A DNA stretch of 54,805 nt, counting the filler, from Asterionella formosa (lineage: Eukaryota): assembly GCA_002256025.1 (NCBI GenBank). It is 4 parts of 4 records of this genome, joined end to end, with 100 filler letters (N's around TTAATTAATTAA, not from the genome) between each part and the next. Parts side by side here need not be neighbours in the genome. Positions count along the whole stretch, not along the records: positions 1 to 13,630 come from NKIB01006544.1; 3 more parts are not named here. One strand, given 5' to 3'. Made by a program: the position numbers and the translations under genes. Below, in pieces: positions 1 through 11,643 of the stretch (its first letter is position 1; each line of letters opens with the position of its first letter). Below the pieces are notes generated by a model. It was given only the letters and a program-made list of their open reading frames with translations. It was not told the origin of the DNA and did no database searches.

Positions 1-1510
1 AATTATGAATTCAAAGTGAGCATCCGTGTCCAGCAGGAGTGTGTTGGAGAAAATATTTTAGGAAAGAAAATCCCGGTATAAATTACCTACTACATATTGA
101 ATCGAATGAATCAAGAAAGAATATGGTACCAGAGAATTCGAAAACAATCTACGCCAACAGTAAAAAACCCATAATTCTATTAAAACTCTTAGGAACGATT
201 ACAATCGATCACGGAGACATCGTTGTTATATCAACAGCCTATTTGGTCCCTGACGTGTCCTTACAGGATACAAGAAAGCATAGAGTGCTTCGGGACGCAA
301 TTTCAACATCTCAGGGACGGAGACGCGCGCATCAGTTTTGAAGGCATCTCGGAATTCATAGATGAACAAAAGTTGCACTAAATATTATCATGGCCTTTTT
401 GACCTTTTTGGACTGCACATGGATTGTTTGGAAGGCATTCTGTAAGAAGCACATTCATCTATCTCTTTATTCTTTGGTTTTCATCAAATCCTCTTCAGCT
501 GAATGCTGCAAGCTTCCAAGAATGGGTCCAGTTTTGTTTTCTGGAATCACCTGGAAGAAATTCCCATTGCCTATCCCTGGCCTGCAGAGACCTGGTCACT
601 TCGCCTCATTTTATTTTACTATAGGAAATCCAATGATTCATCATTCATCAATAAATTGAGAATGCTGGATCTCATTCAATCAGTGATCTGCAAGCTTACA
701 CAGCTGCACAAGCTCAGGACTTCATCATCTGCTGTGCTTGTTCCTAACCTACTAATGTAATTTACTCCCATTAAGTAATATAAAAATCTAGTGTAATTTT
801 AAATGCAAGTCTACACACATTAACATCATCACTGCATTGCACTGCCCTGTCATAGTTCATTTGGTTTTGAGGAAGAGGGGATTCATTTGACTGTGCATTG
901 TCAAGTGTTACTCCTGTGGTGTGGCAGCTTTTTGCATTCAAATTCATCAAAATACCGTCACCATGTGCTGCGATGGACCCCAATACATCTCATTGGGATT
1001 TGAGGAATGCAAGAAGCGGAAATTGTCCCTAAATTAATGGAGGATGTTAAGTAAAATGGTGTGCATTAATAAAATAGACAACAGGACTTCTATACACCTT
1101 TGGTACATGTTACACTTCAACTATAGTTGCAACCAAAATTTAGGTTGCTGCCTCGATTGAAACAAGCGCAAGCTCCGATAATTCTTTGGAAAACAGCCAT
1201 TCCAGAAAATGCTCCTGACCCCCCCCCCCATTTTACCCTGTCCCAGTGATGACCAAAGAGCATAAAAAGACGGAATTGAAACTAGAACAACATCAATATA
1301 TATTCGATTTCTTGCTCCTAGTTTGAAAAGCTGGCCATCCATGTCAAAGGTCTCGCCAAGAGCCTGTAAGTCAGATTCGATATCCCACCGGCACTTAGAG
1401 AAGATGTATTTATATGTAGAACATATATATATTTTTAAATATGCACCACTTTATTTGGAATAATTTTTAAATAGAGGAGCTGTTAGGCGGAGAATGCAAA
1501 AAGGGTGCTT

Positions 1511-3271
1511 TCATTAGGCTGACTTCAGTCTCTCTTTGAGGCTCAACATGCAAATCTTTTTGTTACTTTCCTTTAACTGTAGATACATCGTTGGATAGTA
1601 ATTTTTCTCCTGAATAAAAGGGCTATAAATTTTAAAAACAAATAATGGGAATTTGAACTACTCATTTTTAGTTGTGTGCCAGTCACAACATGAAAAAGTC
1701 CATAGACACAGTTCAATCTAGACTGGAAGGACTCGCTCGCTCAATAATGCTTCAATGGAATGATTTAAACAACAATCAACATATCGAAGCACACCCATGG
1801 AGCATACACAACATGTCTAAGTCATTATTTTCAAGTCTGCACATGTACTTTGGAGGTGGGAACTGTCAGTATCCACAACCTCTGTCTAGAAATTTATTTG
1901 CCTTTGGGAAGCCCAAGAACTCTCCTGTGCTCAGCATCTTCGGTCAATTTTGACAAGCTTCTCAGCGATTTCTCTTCTTATTCTTCTTTGTAATTAGGAA
2001 TATATACCAATGCATCCACAAAGAAAAGCTTGCGAAAATGGAGCATGACATAAACCTCCTCCTTATAGAAGAGTTTAGATGCAAGCATGGCAACTTCTGC
2101 CATTACTGAAAGGAGCAATGCTAATACTCTATTTAGCCACCATTTCGCTGCCCATCTCACCTCCAAAGGAATTTGGGAAGGCCTCTTTGTGTCATGGAAA
2201 TCCAAAAGCATGTCGAAATTTGTAGTGGCTGTAGAAAACCTCAGTATATATCATCTGTTTTTGCGATTCATGATGAGAAGGGCGCCCATTTTTCTTTACC
2301 ATACTAAGCATTGGACCATTTTTTGAATCCATCTGAGTAGCTCCTCACCATGGGTTACATGTTTGCCCTCTGCCTTTTGATAAATGATAAACAAAATAGA
2401 ATCGTTCCAGAACTCCGAAGGAAAGAATAAGTCAATTTATTGGAGGGCAGTGGGCTTCAAATGAATTGGAAATGATGAAAATATTGGTTTTGCTCGCTCT
2501 TTGATGCATTCAACTGTCTCCTGTCGTGACTTCTTGACTTTCCACATTTCATTATAAAAAAATTGCTTGCAAATTCATTTTGAAAAAAATTCTGATGCTG
2601 GGGCATTGTCAATACCAATATCAACAAATCCAGCTGGAATGGCAACATCATCAGAGTCATGAACTGCGCCAGTACACTTAACAAGTTCGAGAAGCTCTGA
2701 AGGATCACTTTACCTTCTTCTGCTGCCTCTTTAACTACATTATCGCCTTCATCATAGTAACATGTTTCTGCATTGCCATCAGAAATGACCTAGAAATGAT
2801 TTTCAAGGGGACACAGCTCAGTTGTAGCAGCATCATCCACAGTCCTGGGAGCTCTGACTGCAATGGCCATCACCTCCTCTTTACTTCTGATTTCCTTGAA
2901 CTCCCTCCCTCCACAGAACTGTCGTTCTTTCAAGTCAGTGATCTTTTGCAATGTTCACATGATGATTTTGGACCCACAGTGATGGGTGAATGTAATTGGA
3001 AAGGCATGAAATGATGGCACCTTTGCCCATTGTCAATTTGCGTTTTCGCGCCATCCTGCACAGATATTTTAAAGATGATTGCAGCAGGCAGACTTCTCAT
3101 GTATCTGAAAAAAGTTATCTAGAAACTTATTGCCATGGATACCTGCAGAAACCTACAGCTCTGCAGAATATCAACTGTTCAGAAATGAAATATCCAATAA
3201 ATTGAGGTGGGGGCAAGGGATTGAAAACCTAGACTGAATCCAGTCTGTTAGACTGAATTCAGTCTAGCAGG
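1511..3271 (-). mobile_element. Decayed, internally deleted piggyBac-like DNA transposon
   Basis: Minus-strand fragments broken by stops and frameshifts read DLFFPSEFW..VTHGEELLRW (~2320-2440), YTEVFYSHYKFRHA (~2205-2250), PLEVRWAAKWWLNRVLALLLSVMAEV..LHFRKLF (ORF 1978-2211) and a Cys-rich tail TCCVCSMG..DCCLNH (~1760-1820). These resemble algal piggyBac-family transposases as recalled. The ends share a near-palindromic motif, TAGGCTGACTTCAGTCT (1515-1531) and TAGACTGAATTCAGTCTA (3249-3266). No TTAA target duplication is visible. Confidence 0.65.
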
Positions 3272-3467
3272 AAACAAACCGACAAGGATATGAAACGTAC
3301 TCCAGAGAAGGGAACAGTTTGTGTTTGACTTTGCTCCCTATGATATACCAGTAGTGGGCGGTTTCATATTATACCATTGGCTTAACTATCGCAATCGTCA
3401 TACTCTCTATCGCACTCGTTCTAGAGGCAAATATATTTTATTCCAGCTTAGCAACCAACTATCAATC

Positions 3468-4388
3468 ATGGAATGGTCGAGTGCACAGCAAGCAGGCCAA
3501 CATGAATACCTTTTTGGAGAAAACGACGATTGGAAAGTGAGGTCGGTTCAATTAATCGGCGGCACCAACACAATCAAATCCATGACAAAGTCACACCCTA
3601 CCAAACCAATGATTCAGATCATTGTCAGTGATGGCGACGACGACGAGGGCAGTGCTTCTTCAGAGGACGACGAGCCACCACCCCTTGGGTCGACAACTCA
3701 GCGTGAACCGCCGGCCATGACGTTGCTAGAAGAAATGATAAAAGAAGCGAAGCAGGCCCAAGCCGCGAAGATGCCACCAGGCACAAATGCGGCTACCGGT
3801 AGGAAGACATCATCAAGTGGTGGAATTAGAAGGGGGTTTCTCCTTTCGTCTTCAACTGCCAAGAAGTCGGTAGCCCCAACAAAGGTAGAAACCAAAACAC
3901 CAGACTATCAAGTCGTATCAAGGACACCGCATAATTCTCTGAAATTACCTGAAGTACAAGAATCTTTACAGCAATCTACGTCGATTACTCAAAACGTATT
4001 GGATTCAATTCAAAGCCATCCCCACTTAATACAAGCCTTGCAAGACCCTGAATTTTCGCGGGCCCTCGAGAAGATTCGACGAGATCCAAGTCAAGCAAAG
4101 TCGATACTTGAGAAAAATCCATCTGTGGGAAGTATGATTCAAGAATTTTGTGGGCTGATGGGCACTCCAGAAGTGGAAAAAACTCAACAGGTTCCCGAAC
4201 AAGATCGTGTGGACAAATTACTCGCTGACCAGTATATTCGAGCAGCATTGTTAGATCCTGACATGCAAAAAATCATGGAGGAATGCAGGGCTTATCCAGG
4301 TCGTTTCCAAACCTACATGACGCATCCAAAGTATGGTCCAGCGTTAAAATTACTACTGCAGCATGGGCTGTTGCAGGTTCAGCGGTAG
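3468..4388 (+). CDS. STI1/HOP DP-repeat co-chaperone-like protein
   Basis: Long ORF (track 3321-4388); first ATG at 3468, alternative ATG at 3582. Acidic low-complexity N-terminus, then two STI1-like helical repeats: HPHLIQALQDPEFSRALEKIRRDP and LLDPDMQKIMEECRAYPGRFQTYMTHPKYGPALKLLLQHGLL. Confidence 0.7.
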   Translation: MEWSSAQQAGQHEYLFGENDDWKVRSVQLIGGTNTIKSMTKSHPTKPMIQIIVSDGDDDEGSASSEDDEPPPLGSTTQREPPAMTLLEEMIKEAKQAQAAKMPPGTNAATGRKTSSSGGIRRGFLLSSSTAKKSVAPTKVETKTPDYQVVSRTPHNSLKLPEVQESLQQSTSITQNVLDSIQSHPHLIQALQDPEFSRALEKIRRDPSQAKSILEKNPSVGSMIQEFCGLMGTPEVEKTQQVPEQDRVDKLLADQYIRAALLDPDMQKIMEECRAYPGRFQTYMTHPKYGPALKLLLQHGLLQVQR

Positions 4389-4532
4389 CTAGCACAAATT
4401 TCCTCTAGCTTATGTAGAAATGCGCCGACTTCGCTTTAGGTTTTGTTATGCTGTGCCCTTCATTTCGAGTGAATGACGCAACCATGTACGTATATGTGAC
4501 AAAAATAGCCAGTAACACCCTTGTTTGATTGG

Positions 4533-5135
4533 TTAGACCTTGAACTTCACTTCGTTCTTGAATGAATGGCCACTGGTCGCCGCATCGTTATGTAGCTGAA
4601 AGGTCAAATGAGTCTTATTCAACCCCAAGGCCTTCTTCCAGCGCTCCCCAATTTCCACACATACCTTTTGATCACTTGATTTCAACCATAATGCAATGCG
4701 ATCTTGGGATTTTCTAATGCTCACAACGGCTCCACAGACTTGATTTCCATTGATATCCAAGGCTTCGCCCACAATACTTAATAACGTATACAACCACCAC
4801 TCATCACACCTTCCCGCCTTGCTGTCTTTTTTCGGAATGGTCAATACAAACTTGCCGCCCAATTTGTTTTCTGGGTCTTCCCACATTGGTACCACTCCCT
4901 GACGAAAGACGTGGTAGTTGGAATTGATTGCCAAGCTGGAGGCAGGCTTGATGTTGTTGAAAATCCTCCAGAATTCTTCCACTGTACTGAATTCACCGCA
5001 CTTTTTTAGGTTGTCTTTCCAGTCAGTACCTTCCGCAGCGATTCGAGGATTATCGTACCATATAACCCACGTGTTGTGGAGCCGAAGGGGCGATGAGGAT
5101 TCCGCGGCGGGGGCTTCCAACTGTTCCGACGACAT
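4533..5135 (-). CDS. eIF4E: Translation initiation factor eIF4E (cap-binding protein)
   Basis: Intronless 200-aa ORF with the family Trp pattern: LHNTWVIW, WKDNL, STVEEFW, PMWEDPEN..GGKF, DEWW, VCGAVVSIR, IALW. Confidence 0.95.
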   Translation of the reverse strand: MSSEQLEAPAAESSSPLRLHNTWVIWYDNPRIAAEGTDWKDNLKKCGEFSTVEEFWRIFNNIKPASSLAINSNYHVFRQGVVPMWEDPENKLGGKFVLTIPKKDSKAGRCDEWWLYTLLSIVGEALDINGNQVCGAVVSIRKSQDRIALWLKSSDQKVCVEIGERWKKALGLNKTHLTFQLHNDAATSGHSFKNEVKFKV

Positions 5136-5584
5136 GACGGGTTCCGAGCGTTTCTATAGCGCTTCTTTCGATTAGATCGAGCTCTGTTCGTCTCTGTGAT
5201 GACAGATGAGCAGCACAGCAGCAACAGACAACTAGAAGAATGCGAGGCCAGACAAAGACTAGCTAGGAATAATGATATTGATATGTTTGATGGGCAAGCA
5301 AAGCATCACCCATCATACATATGCATAGATGGAGTATCAGCGAATACTGTAGGTCCTCATGCTCAATTCAGCCGAAGTCATGTTGCATAATACCTACCGG
5401 CATGGATAGAACTACTATGTGCTACTCCTAGTATCATGCTGTTTTCTGAGGTCATTGGAGGGCAACCGTCTGTCGGTCTGCTGGCACAATCAATTTGTCC
5501 TCTTGTCTGAAGCTTGCTTGCGAACAAACAGAGTCATAGGTAGAAGTTCCAGGTACCTGCTACGGTACCAGGAAACCGTATTCG

Positions 5585-6443
5585 TCATTGTCCTGGACCT
5601 CCAAATGTACACTGCCGTGACTGAATTTGACTGATTTTACTTAAGAAGGGTCCAGGATAATGAAGAGATTTCCCTAGTACTAGACCTAAGTAAGTTTCAT
5701 TTGTTCTACAGGATAGCGCACCTTTTTCTAAGATGTATTGATACAACAATTATTTCCGTGATGTGAAAAATGAGAGAGTTCTTCACCTTGCAAAAAAACC
5801 GACTTCAAGTTGTTATCGGCAATCTCAATTTTTGTTGTCATTATTTGTGTTATTACTTAACTTCTCTTACGATTGTTTTTTCTTTGTCTTTCTTAATACA
5901 GGTAGCAAGTAGCAAAGCGTATTTCTCAATTTTCGTGATGATAATTCATATTTTCATCATTATGGTCAAGGTTACAACAACATCATGATGAAGGATTCTC
6001 CAGCTGCTCATACCCACTACCTGTCATCTCTTGTGTTTTATATGTACAAAAGAATAGCAACATGATAGCTAAATAATTGAACATCTCAATTTTCGTTGTC
6101 ATTATTAGTGTTATTACTTAACTCCTTTTACAATTGTTTTTTCATGTCATTCGTAATACTGGTAGCAAGTGTAGCAAAGCATCGTTCTCAATTTTCGTGG
6201 ATATAATTCGTATATTCGTCATGGTCGATTTTCTAGCTGCTCAAACCCACTACCTGTCGTCTCTTGTGTTTTATATGTACAATAGAATCGCAACATAGTA
6301 GCTAAATAATTATGTACCAGTGCCTACGAGGACCAAAAGAATTAGAGCACCTTAAATTGACAACAAAATTATTGGGTATTGGTCCCACCTCAAGAAAAAT
6401 GTACAAGGGGTTCCAGAAACCTCAGGGGGGTCCGGGACAATGA
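5585..6443. mobile_element. Non-autonomous TIR element
   Basis: Inverted repeats TCATTGTCCTGGACCTCC (5585-5602) and GGGGGTCCGGGACAATGA (6426-6443), plus a third inverted copy at 5648-5663. AT-rich interior with no credible ORF. Confidence 0.5.
5822..6310. repeat. Diverged tandem duplication, period ~260 bp
   Basis: 5822-6078 and 6083-6310 both run ATCTCAATTTT..GTTGTCATTAT..GGTAGCAAGT..ACCCACTACCTGTC..TAGCTAAATAATT. Confidence 0.9.
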
Positions 6444-6450
6444 AGTACAT

Positions 6451-6770
6451 GGTACCTGCAAGTTGCGGTAGTTTTGCTGATTCACGTTAGCGGCAGATAA
6501 GCAGGTACATGAATTCAAACATAAATGAGCTGGAGCGTGAAGCAATGGTTACATCAATAATGCTTGGCACAGACCAGTAAAATCGGCGTTCACCAAATCA
6601 ATTTGAGTGAAATGCTTCGTTCCTAAATATTTCATTTAGATGAACCATAGCGTAAAACGGTTAATTTACGAGAATTTAAGATATGATATGTACAATTATT
6701 ACATTAGTCACATACAAATCATTTCAGACATCAGCAAAATACTTTCAGACATCAGTAAAATTATTTCAGA
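6451..6770 (+). repeat. End of a DNA-transposon family (TIR GGTACCTGCAAGTTGCGGTA), copy 1
   Basis: Begins with the same terminal sequence as the MITE at 18218-18321. Aligns colinearly with 37175-37465 (TTTTGCTGATTCACG..TCAATTTGAG..GTAAAACGGT..CACATACAAATCATTTCAGACA). Contains three short TTTCAGA repeats. Confidence 0.75.
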
Positions 6771-9159
6771 TGATTTCTTGTCAGGCAGGCAATTTTCTGT
6801 CAGACAATTCTCGCTTTTTGTCACTTCACATGATACAACAATGCCCGTTGTCAAACTTTTCCAGTTTTCCAGGTTCGTTGTTAAAGCTACAACTTGTTTT
6901 GCTAGTTTACCCAAGTTTTTTGATGAGGCTTGTCAATTAAACCGTATAGTAATTTTCAAGACTAGTTTATAGTAATTATCGGTCAAAAATAGATTTGATG
7001 CCCCTAAAAATCAATTAACACGACAAACCTAGTGACTTTCAAACGACCATGGCGATAACTTTAAAGACCAGCACTATGGATTCAAAAAAACCTTTAAAGG
7101 CAATAGGCGTGTCTATTTGGATTAATTAGAGACTATGAATGATTGCTACAGCAAACGGGTGAGTTTTTCTATACAAAAATAGTGACAGTATAGTGGGACC
7201 AGAATTTACTAGCTTTGTCGCTTATTTTTCATGTATCATGGTGTGACAATATGTCATATTCGCTAGTAAAGCTGTACTAGCTATTTCTAGTCGAATATCA
7301 ATCAAACAGTCAAATCACCATTGAAGCTAAGAATGTATTTCTTAATGAAATCTTAGATGTGATTATCATTATGCCTTGTGTTAGTTCTTGGCAGTGAGAT
7401 CTTCCACTTCCATTGTGCTTGTTGGTAATTGTGTATCGTGGGCGTTTTTGTGTTGTGAAAACAGTCTTGTTCTTGATTTCGTAAGTGTCATTGGTGTTGC
7501 CGAGCTCATTATTCCTTGTGTTGGTTGTTGGCAGTGAGATCTCCCGGTATCATTGTCACTGTGATGCTTGTGTGCTTGTTGGCTGGTTGTTGGTTGTTGT
7601 GGGCGCTTGTTTTCACTGGTGTGCACTGAAAACAGTCCTCTAGATATCTTTCTTTGCTGTTGTGGCACTTGTGATAGCATTTGATGCTTTGGTGGGTGAC
7701 ATTTCCATTGCGGCACTTGTTGGTTGTTGGATGAAGAGGGTACTTTCAAACCATTGATTGTCGTTTCCACAAGCTGCATTCAATTACAGGCAACTCTTCG
7801 ATTCATGTCTGTAAATTGGTAGCGCTCATGGCACGACATTAGCGTACTTCGGGGTCCACAGTACTATGGAAAAGCGGAGCAAAGCATCACAGTAAGCTGA
7901 CTTGAATCAAGTTCATCATTGTGACAATCTTTTGTATATATAAGTACCAGTAGTTTTTCTGGCTTCATTGTGATGAAACTACTTCTGCATGCTATTTCTA
8001 TGATATAATATAATTTAGTTGCATAATTTCACGATTGTCAGCCACTGACCATGTCGACTTTAATCAGGTCAAATATGAATATGGCTTGTGCCGCTAGCAG
8101 ATTGATTATGAAATGAAATCGAAATCAGTGCCTTGTGCGATGAGCAAGTCGTGACAACGAAACAGCCATATGCAAGTTGCAAGTCCCCTAAAGCGAATTA
8201 GCAAGTTATAGCCATAGTCTTCTGCCCTTGTGATTATGTCTTTATGTATATAGACTATTTCTTGTTAAGATCGCAACTGCAAGATATGTTTAAACATTTG
8301 GTCTCAACATTTTGTTACCATTTGCAGCTTGTTTGCTTTCCGTTACAATCAAAATTTCTTAAGCAATTATAGGAGCATCAATTTCACCCCTTTTGGTACG
8401 CTGTTGATCAATTCATTATAGATATTCGCAACCACAATCACACTAAATGTGCCATCATCATATTTCTTTGTATCTCCTGGTCATTTTCTTGGCTGCCACC
8501 ATAGCGCCATGCAACCCGAAGCATGATAAAGACGATATTCTACCACTGAAAAATAGAATCCAGCGAAACTCTCTTGGCATTGTAAGCTTCTTTGACAAGA
8601 TTGAAAATTGAGTCAAGAGTGTTGTCACCTCCATTCTTCGCATATGCCTTGATTAAAATATTATACTAACTGATGGCATCAGGAACAATATAATCAAAAT
8701 CTTTCATTTGGTCAAAAAAGCTCAAATTGCAGCATCTTGCTTAGGACCGCTTGCAGTGGCTACCAAGACAAGAAGATTGATTGCTTGGTCTTATGTTGTT
8801 GTTGTCACCCATTTGAGCAGCCTTAGCGAGGAAGGGATGCCATCTCTGTCATCCCTTCTTCCTTTGAACCATACTTACCAATTTTGGTCAACACGAAAAC
8901 AAATTTTGGGGTTATGAGTAGAACTTTTTATGTTGTTACACATTTTTTTACAGTGTATCGGCATAAATATATATATGTACGATGTAAGGCAAATATTTTT
9001 TTGGTTTCGAATCGCGCCCACAAACCCCCAAAAGCTGTGTACCTGTATTTGTGTCAACGGTAAGTTATACCTAGCACCGGCATCATGATACAAACATAAA
9101 AAATATCCCAGAGCTATATCCAATCATATATTTCTTCAAACATTTCTCTGGCCGGTATC

Positions 9160-9984
9160 ATGTCGTCAGCGGCTTCTGTTCCTCTCACTGACGCTTTGCC
9201 ATGGGACGATGACGGAGACGACAAATCAGCATCCACTATCCTTGTCTGCGACCTTATCGAAACAGACGGACGATTTCTCCTGTATACAGTTGCAACCAGT
9301 CCCAAGAAAGTTGTGCTATGGCTGGGCTGTGGAAGCGTTTCCTCCAAACAGATTGCCACCGCTCTCAAAAAGATGGGTTCAGATGCAGCTGCTTCCATAT
9401 TAAAACGAAACGAATACTCTTCTCGGAAAATTCCACTGCATATTCATAGTTTATCTGTGGAAATGGCTGAACGATTGTTGAGACAGGATGGTCGGACCTT
9501 TGACGGACAGTTGTATCTAAAGGAAGTCTACAACCGCATCAAGACTTGGATACAATTAAGATCTTCCGAGGAATCAGCATTGCTTTCTTGCATTATTTTG
9601 GACGATGTATCAGCACTTGCCACGTTACTTGGTAACGCTCTGGTGTATTGCTTCGTCGCTTCAGTGCGAGCACTTTGCCGGTCACGCAACAACGCTAGAC
9701 TATTTATGCGTTGTTCTCACGACGCCGAATACCTTGCACGTGAAAATTCCATCATTCCAGCATCGTGGATAGGTGCAGGAGGACAAGATCATGCAATTTC
9801 GTCACTTTCTTCTCAATTGGTGGAATTGGCAGACTATGTGGTGGACGTTCTGCCTCTGGCGAGTGGGTACAGTCGGGAAGCACACGGAAGGCTCATCTTC
9901 ACGTCATCAATCAAAAAAACGCCGCTCATGTTGAATTATTGCTTACACGAATCAAGTGTTTCTGCCATTCGTCTACAGAACTAG
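9160..9984 (+). CDS. ELP6: Elongator complex subunit ELP6-like protein
   Basis: 274-aa ORF with ELP6-like motifs: ILVCDLIETDGRFLL, ALKKMG, IILDDVSAL, LVELADYVVDVLPLASGYSREAHGRL. Confidence 0.85.
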   Translation: MSSAASVPLTDALPWDDDGDDKSASTILVCDLIETDGRFLLYTVATSPKKVVLWLGCGSVSSKQIATALKKMGSDAAASILKRNEYSSRKIPLHIHSLSVEMAERLLRQDGRTFDGQLYLKEVYNRIKTWIQLRSSEESALLSCIILDDVSALATLLGNALVYCFVASVRALCRSRNNARLFMRCSHDAEYLARENSIIPASWIGAGGQDHAISSLSSQLVELADYVVDVLPLASGYSREAHGRLIFTSSIKKTPLMLNYCLHESSVSAIRLQN

Positions 9985-10017
9985 GTACTAGTTTATTTAC
10001 AAATTGTTCGTCTAGCT

Positions 10018-11499
10018 TCAGTTCAAATGCCTCTTACTTCCCAGTGTATGTTGCTCTGGCAACAAGAGCAAGAATCTCATTGCAACGGCGCAAATTACCC
10101 AATGCACGGCTGACGATACAACCCACATGGAGGGATCTGGATCTCCCACCATTCCTGTTTCCCCACCAGGACCCAAAAAGGAAAAGAGCAATGTGCGGTA
10201 AAATGGAACCGTCACAGCGGTGGCGTTTTGAAGCACGTCCAAGGCTGCCAAGACAGACCCCATCGATTCTTTGGGCGTCACATGCGTCAACAATGACTGC
10301 AAGCTTAAGCCCAATACGGCCACGGATACGGAAATTGCGGGGCAAAGTACAATCAAGAAAACTGGGAGTGACCGCTGGAGTTCCATAAAGGTGGAGGTTG
10401 CCAATAGCAATGCAGAATAACATGCTGCCTGTCGTTCACCTCCGCTCCAAGTCATTATAGGACCGACCAAGAAGGATTGAATAAAAAAGGATAAGATAGA
10501 TTGATAACTAGACAAGTACCCCCGGTGATGGGGTTCCATCCCGTACATTTGTTCGTAATAGCTTGCCATCGTTGCATACGATGTGGCTCTAGTAAACCAC
10601 GAAAACAGGAGAAGAGATATAACGGCCGATGCTAGGGATTTGGAAGAAAAACATGTTTGGAGATTGGAAAAGAACGACGCTTTGCGTTTTGGATCACTGT
10701 CAGCTGCACTGACAAGTGGCACTACAGGTTCATCCTTCGCAGGAAGTAAAAATGCAGCTAGACCTGTATTAAGGACAAATAGGACGCATGCCAAGAGAGC
10801 TGGTGCTCGATGATCCACTTTGGAGTAGAGCAAAGCTCCCACAGATGGTCCAACAATCCAAGCAGCAGTCGAACTAGCACTAAGCCGTCCCATGTGCTTG
10901 GCCCGGGTTTCTTTAGTTGTGTACCTAGTAATCAAAGTGGTCGTCACTGTCGTGGTCTGTTTGACGAGTCCTACCAAAACTCGACTAAAAATGAGAGCAT
11001 TCAGACCCCCCAAAACAATCAGAGAATATGCCAGTGCCGACCCCAGAAACGATACGAATAGAATTGTTCGTCGCTGTATCATTTCAGCATCTGCCAGGGC
11101 ACCTAGTATTAGACCTCCCACAATCTGGGAAATGGAAAACACCGACGAGAGCAATTCTCGATGGCTGGCAGTCGTAACTCCAGCATGTTTGTAATATTGG
11201 AAAAGCAAAGGAACTACTAGTGATACTGAAAACATGTCTATCATGTTCAGAAGCGGCAACGAAACTGTTGGATGCAATAAAAGTCCTTCAAGTCGGGTCT
11301 GATCTGGACAATCTATTAATTCCAAGAGAGGTGAATCAATTGTGTCTGCTTGATCGATAACTCGCATTCCTAACGGCACAGAATGAGCGGGCATGGCTCG
11401 TTCGAAAAATTCAATCGATCGAGAGCTCAATCTTTTTGTTCCGTTTGTTTTGCTCGAATTGCCATCTCCCAATACGACCACGTTGTAGTCTATTGCCAT
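10018..11499 (-). CDS. Major facilitator superfamily transporter (DHA1/MFSD9-like)
   Basis: 493-aa ORF with about 12 hydrophobic segments, MFS motif A-like GALADAEMIQRR, SRVLVGL, and AWIVGPSVGALL (antiporter motif C-like). Confidence 0.9.
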   Translation of the reverse strand: MAIDYNVVVLGDGNSSKTNGTKRLSSRSIEFFERAMPAHSVPLGMRVIDQADTIDSPLLELIDCPDQTRLEGLLLHPTVSLPLLNMIDMFSVSLVVPLLFQYYKHAGVTTASHRELLSSVFSISQIVGGLILGALADAEMIQRRTILFVSFLGSALAYSLIVLGGLNALIFSRVLVGLVKQTTTVTTTLITRYTTKETRAKHMGRLSASSTAAWIVGPSVGALLYSKVDHRAPALLACVLFVLNTGLAAFLLPAKDEPVVPLVSAADSDPKRKASFFSNLQTCFSSKSLASAVISLLLFSWFTRATSYATMASYYEQMYGMEPHHRGYLSSYQSILSFFIQSFLVGPIMTWSGGERQAACYSALLLATSTFMELQRSLPVFLIVLCPAISVSVAVLGLSLQSLLTHVTPKESMGSVLAALDVLQNATAVTVPFYRTLLFSFLGPGGETGMVGDPDPSMWVVSSAVHWVICAVAMRFLLLLPEQHTLGSKRHLN

Positions 11500-11643
11500 G
11501 GTTTGCAGTTCCTGGTGTGAAAGAAAATGGTGCTCTTTGGGTTTGCTCTCTCAATCAGGATGATTGATTTGCAAAAAGTATGCCCGTTCCTAGGTGTTAT
11601 TCCGACATGATGATGAAACAGCAGTGCTGGTCACGTTAGCTGA

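Noticed and set aside
360..1400. Possible decayed transposase at the start of scaffold 1
   Set aside because: Coding-like fragments are visible on the minus strand, but I could not recognise any diagnostic motif.
5822..6310. CRISPR-like array (also considered for 14375-14735 and 30814-31133)
   Set aside because: Only two or three long diverged units, with no short identical repeats, unique spacers or cas genes, in a eukaryotic context.
7381..7779. 132-aa Gln/Thr-rich minus-strand ORF as a host gene
   Set aside because: Low complexity with short internal repeats, inside probable transposon debris, and no supported gene structure.
9765..10388. 207-aa plus-strand ORF and other ORFs overlapping the long genes (e.g. 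46793-47380, 22442-22966, 35401-35874)
   Set aside because: They are shadow frames of well-supported genes and have no recognisable motifs.
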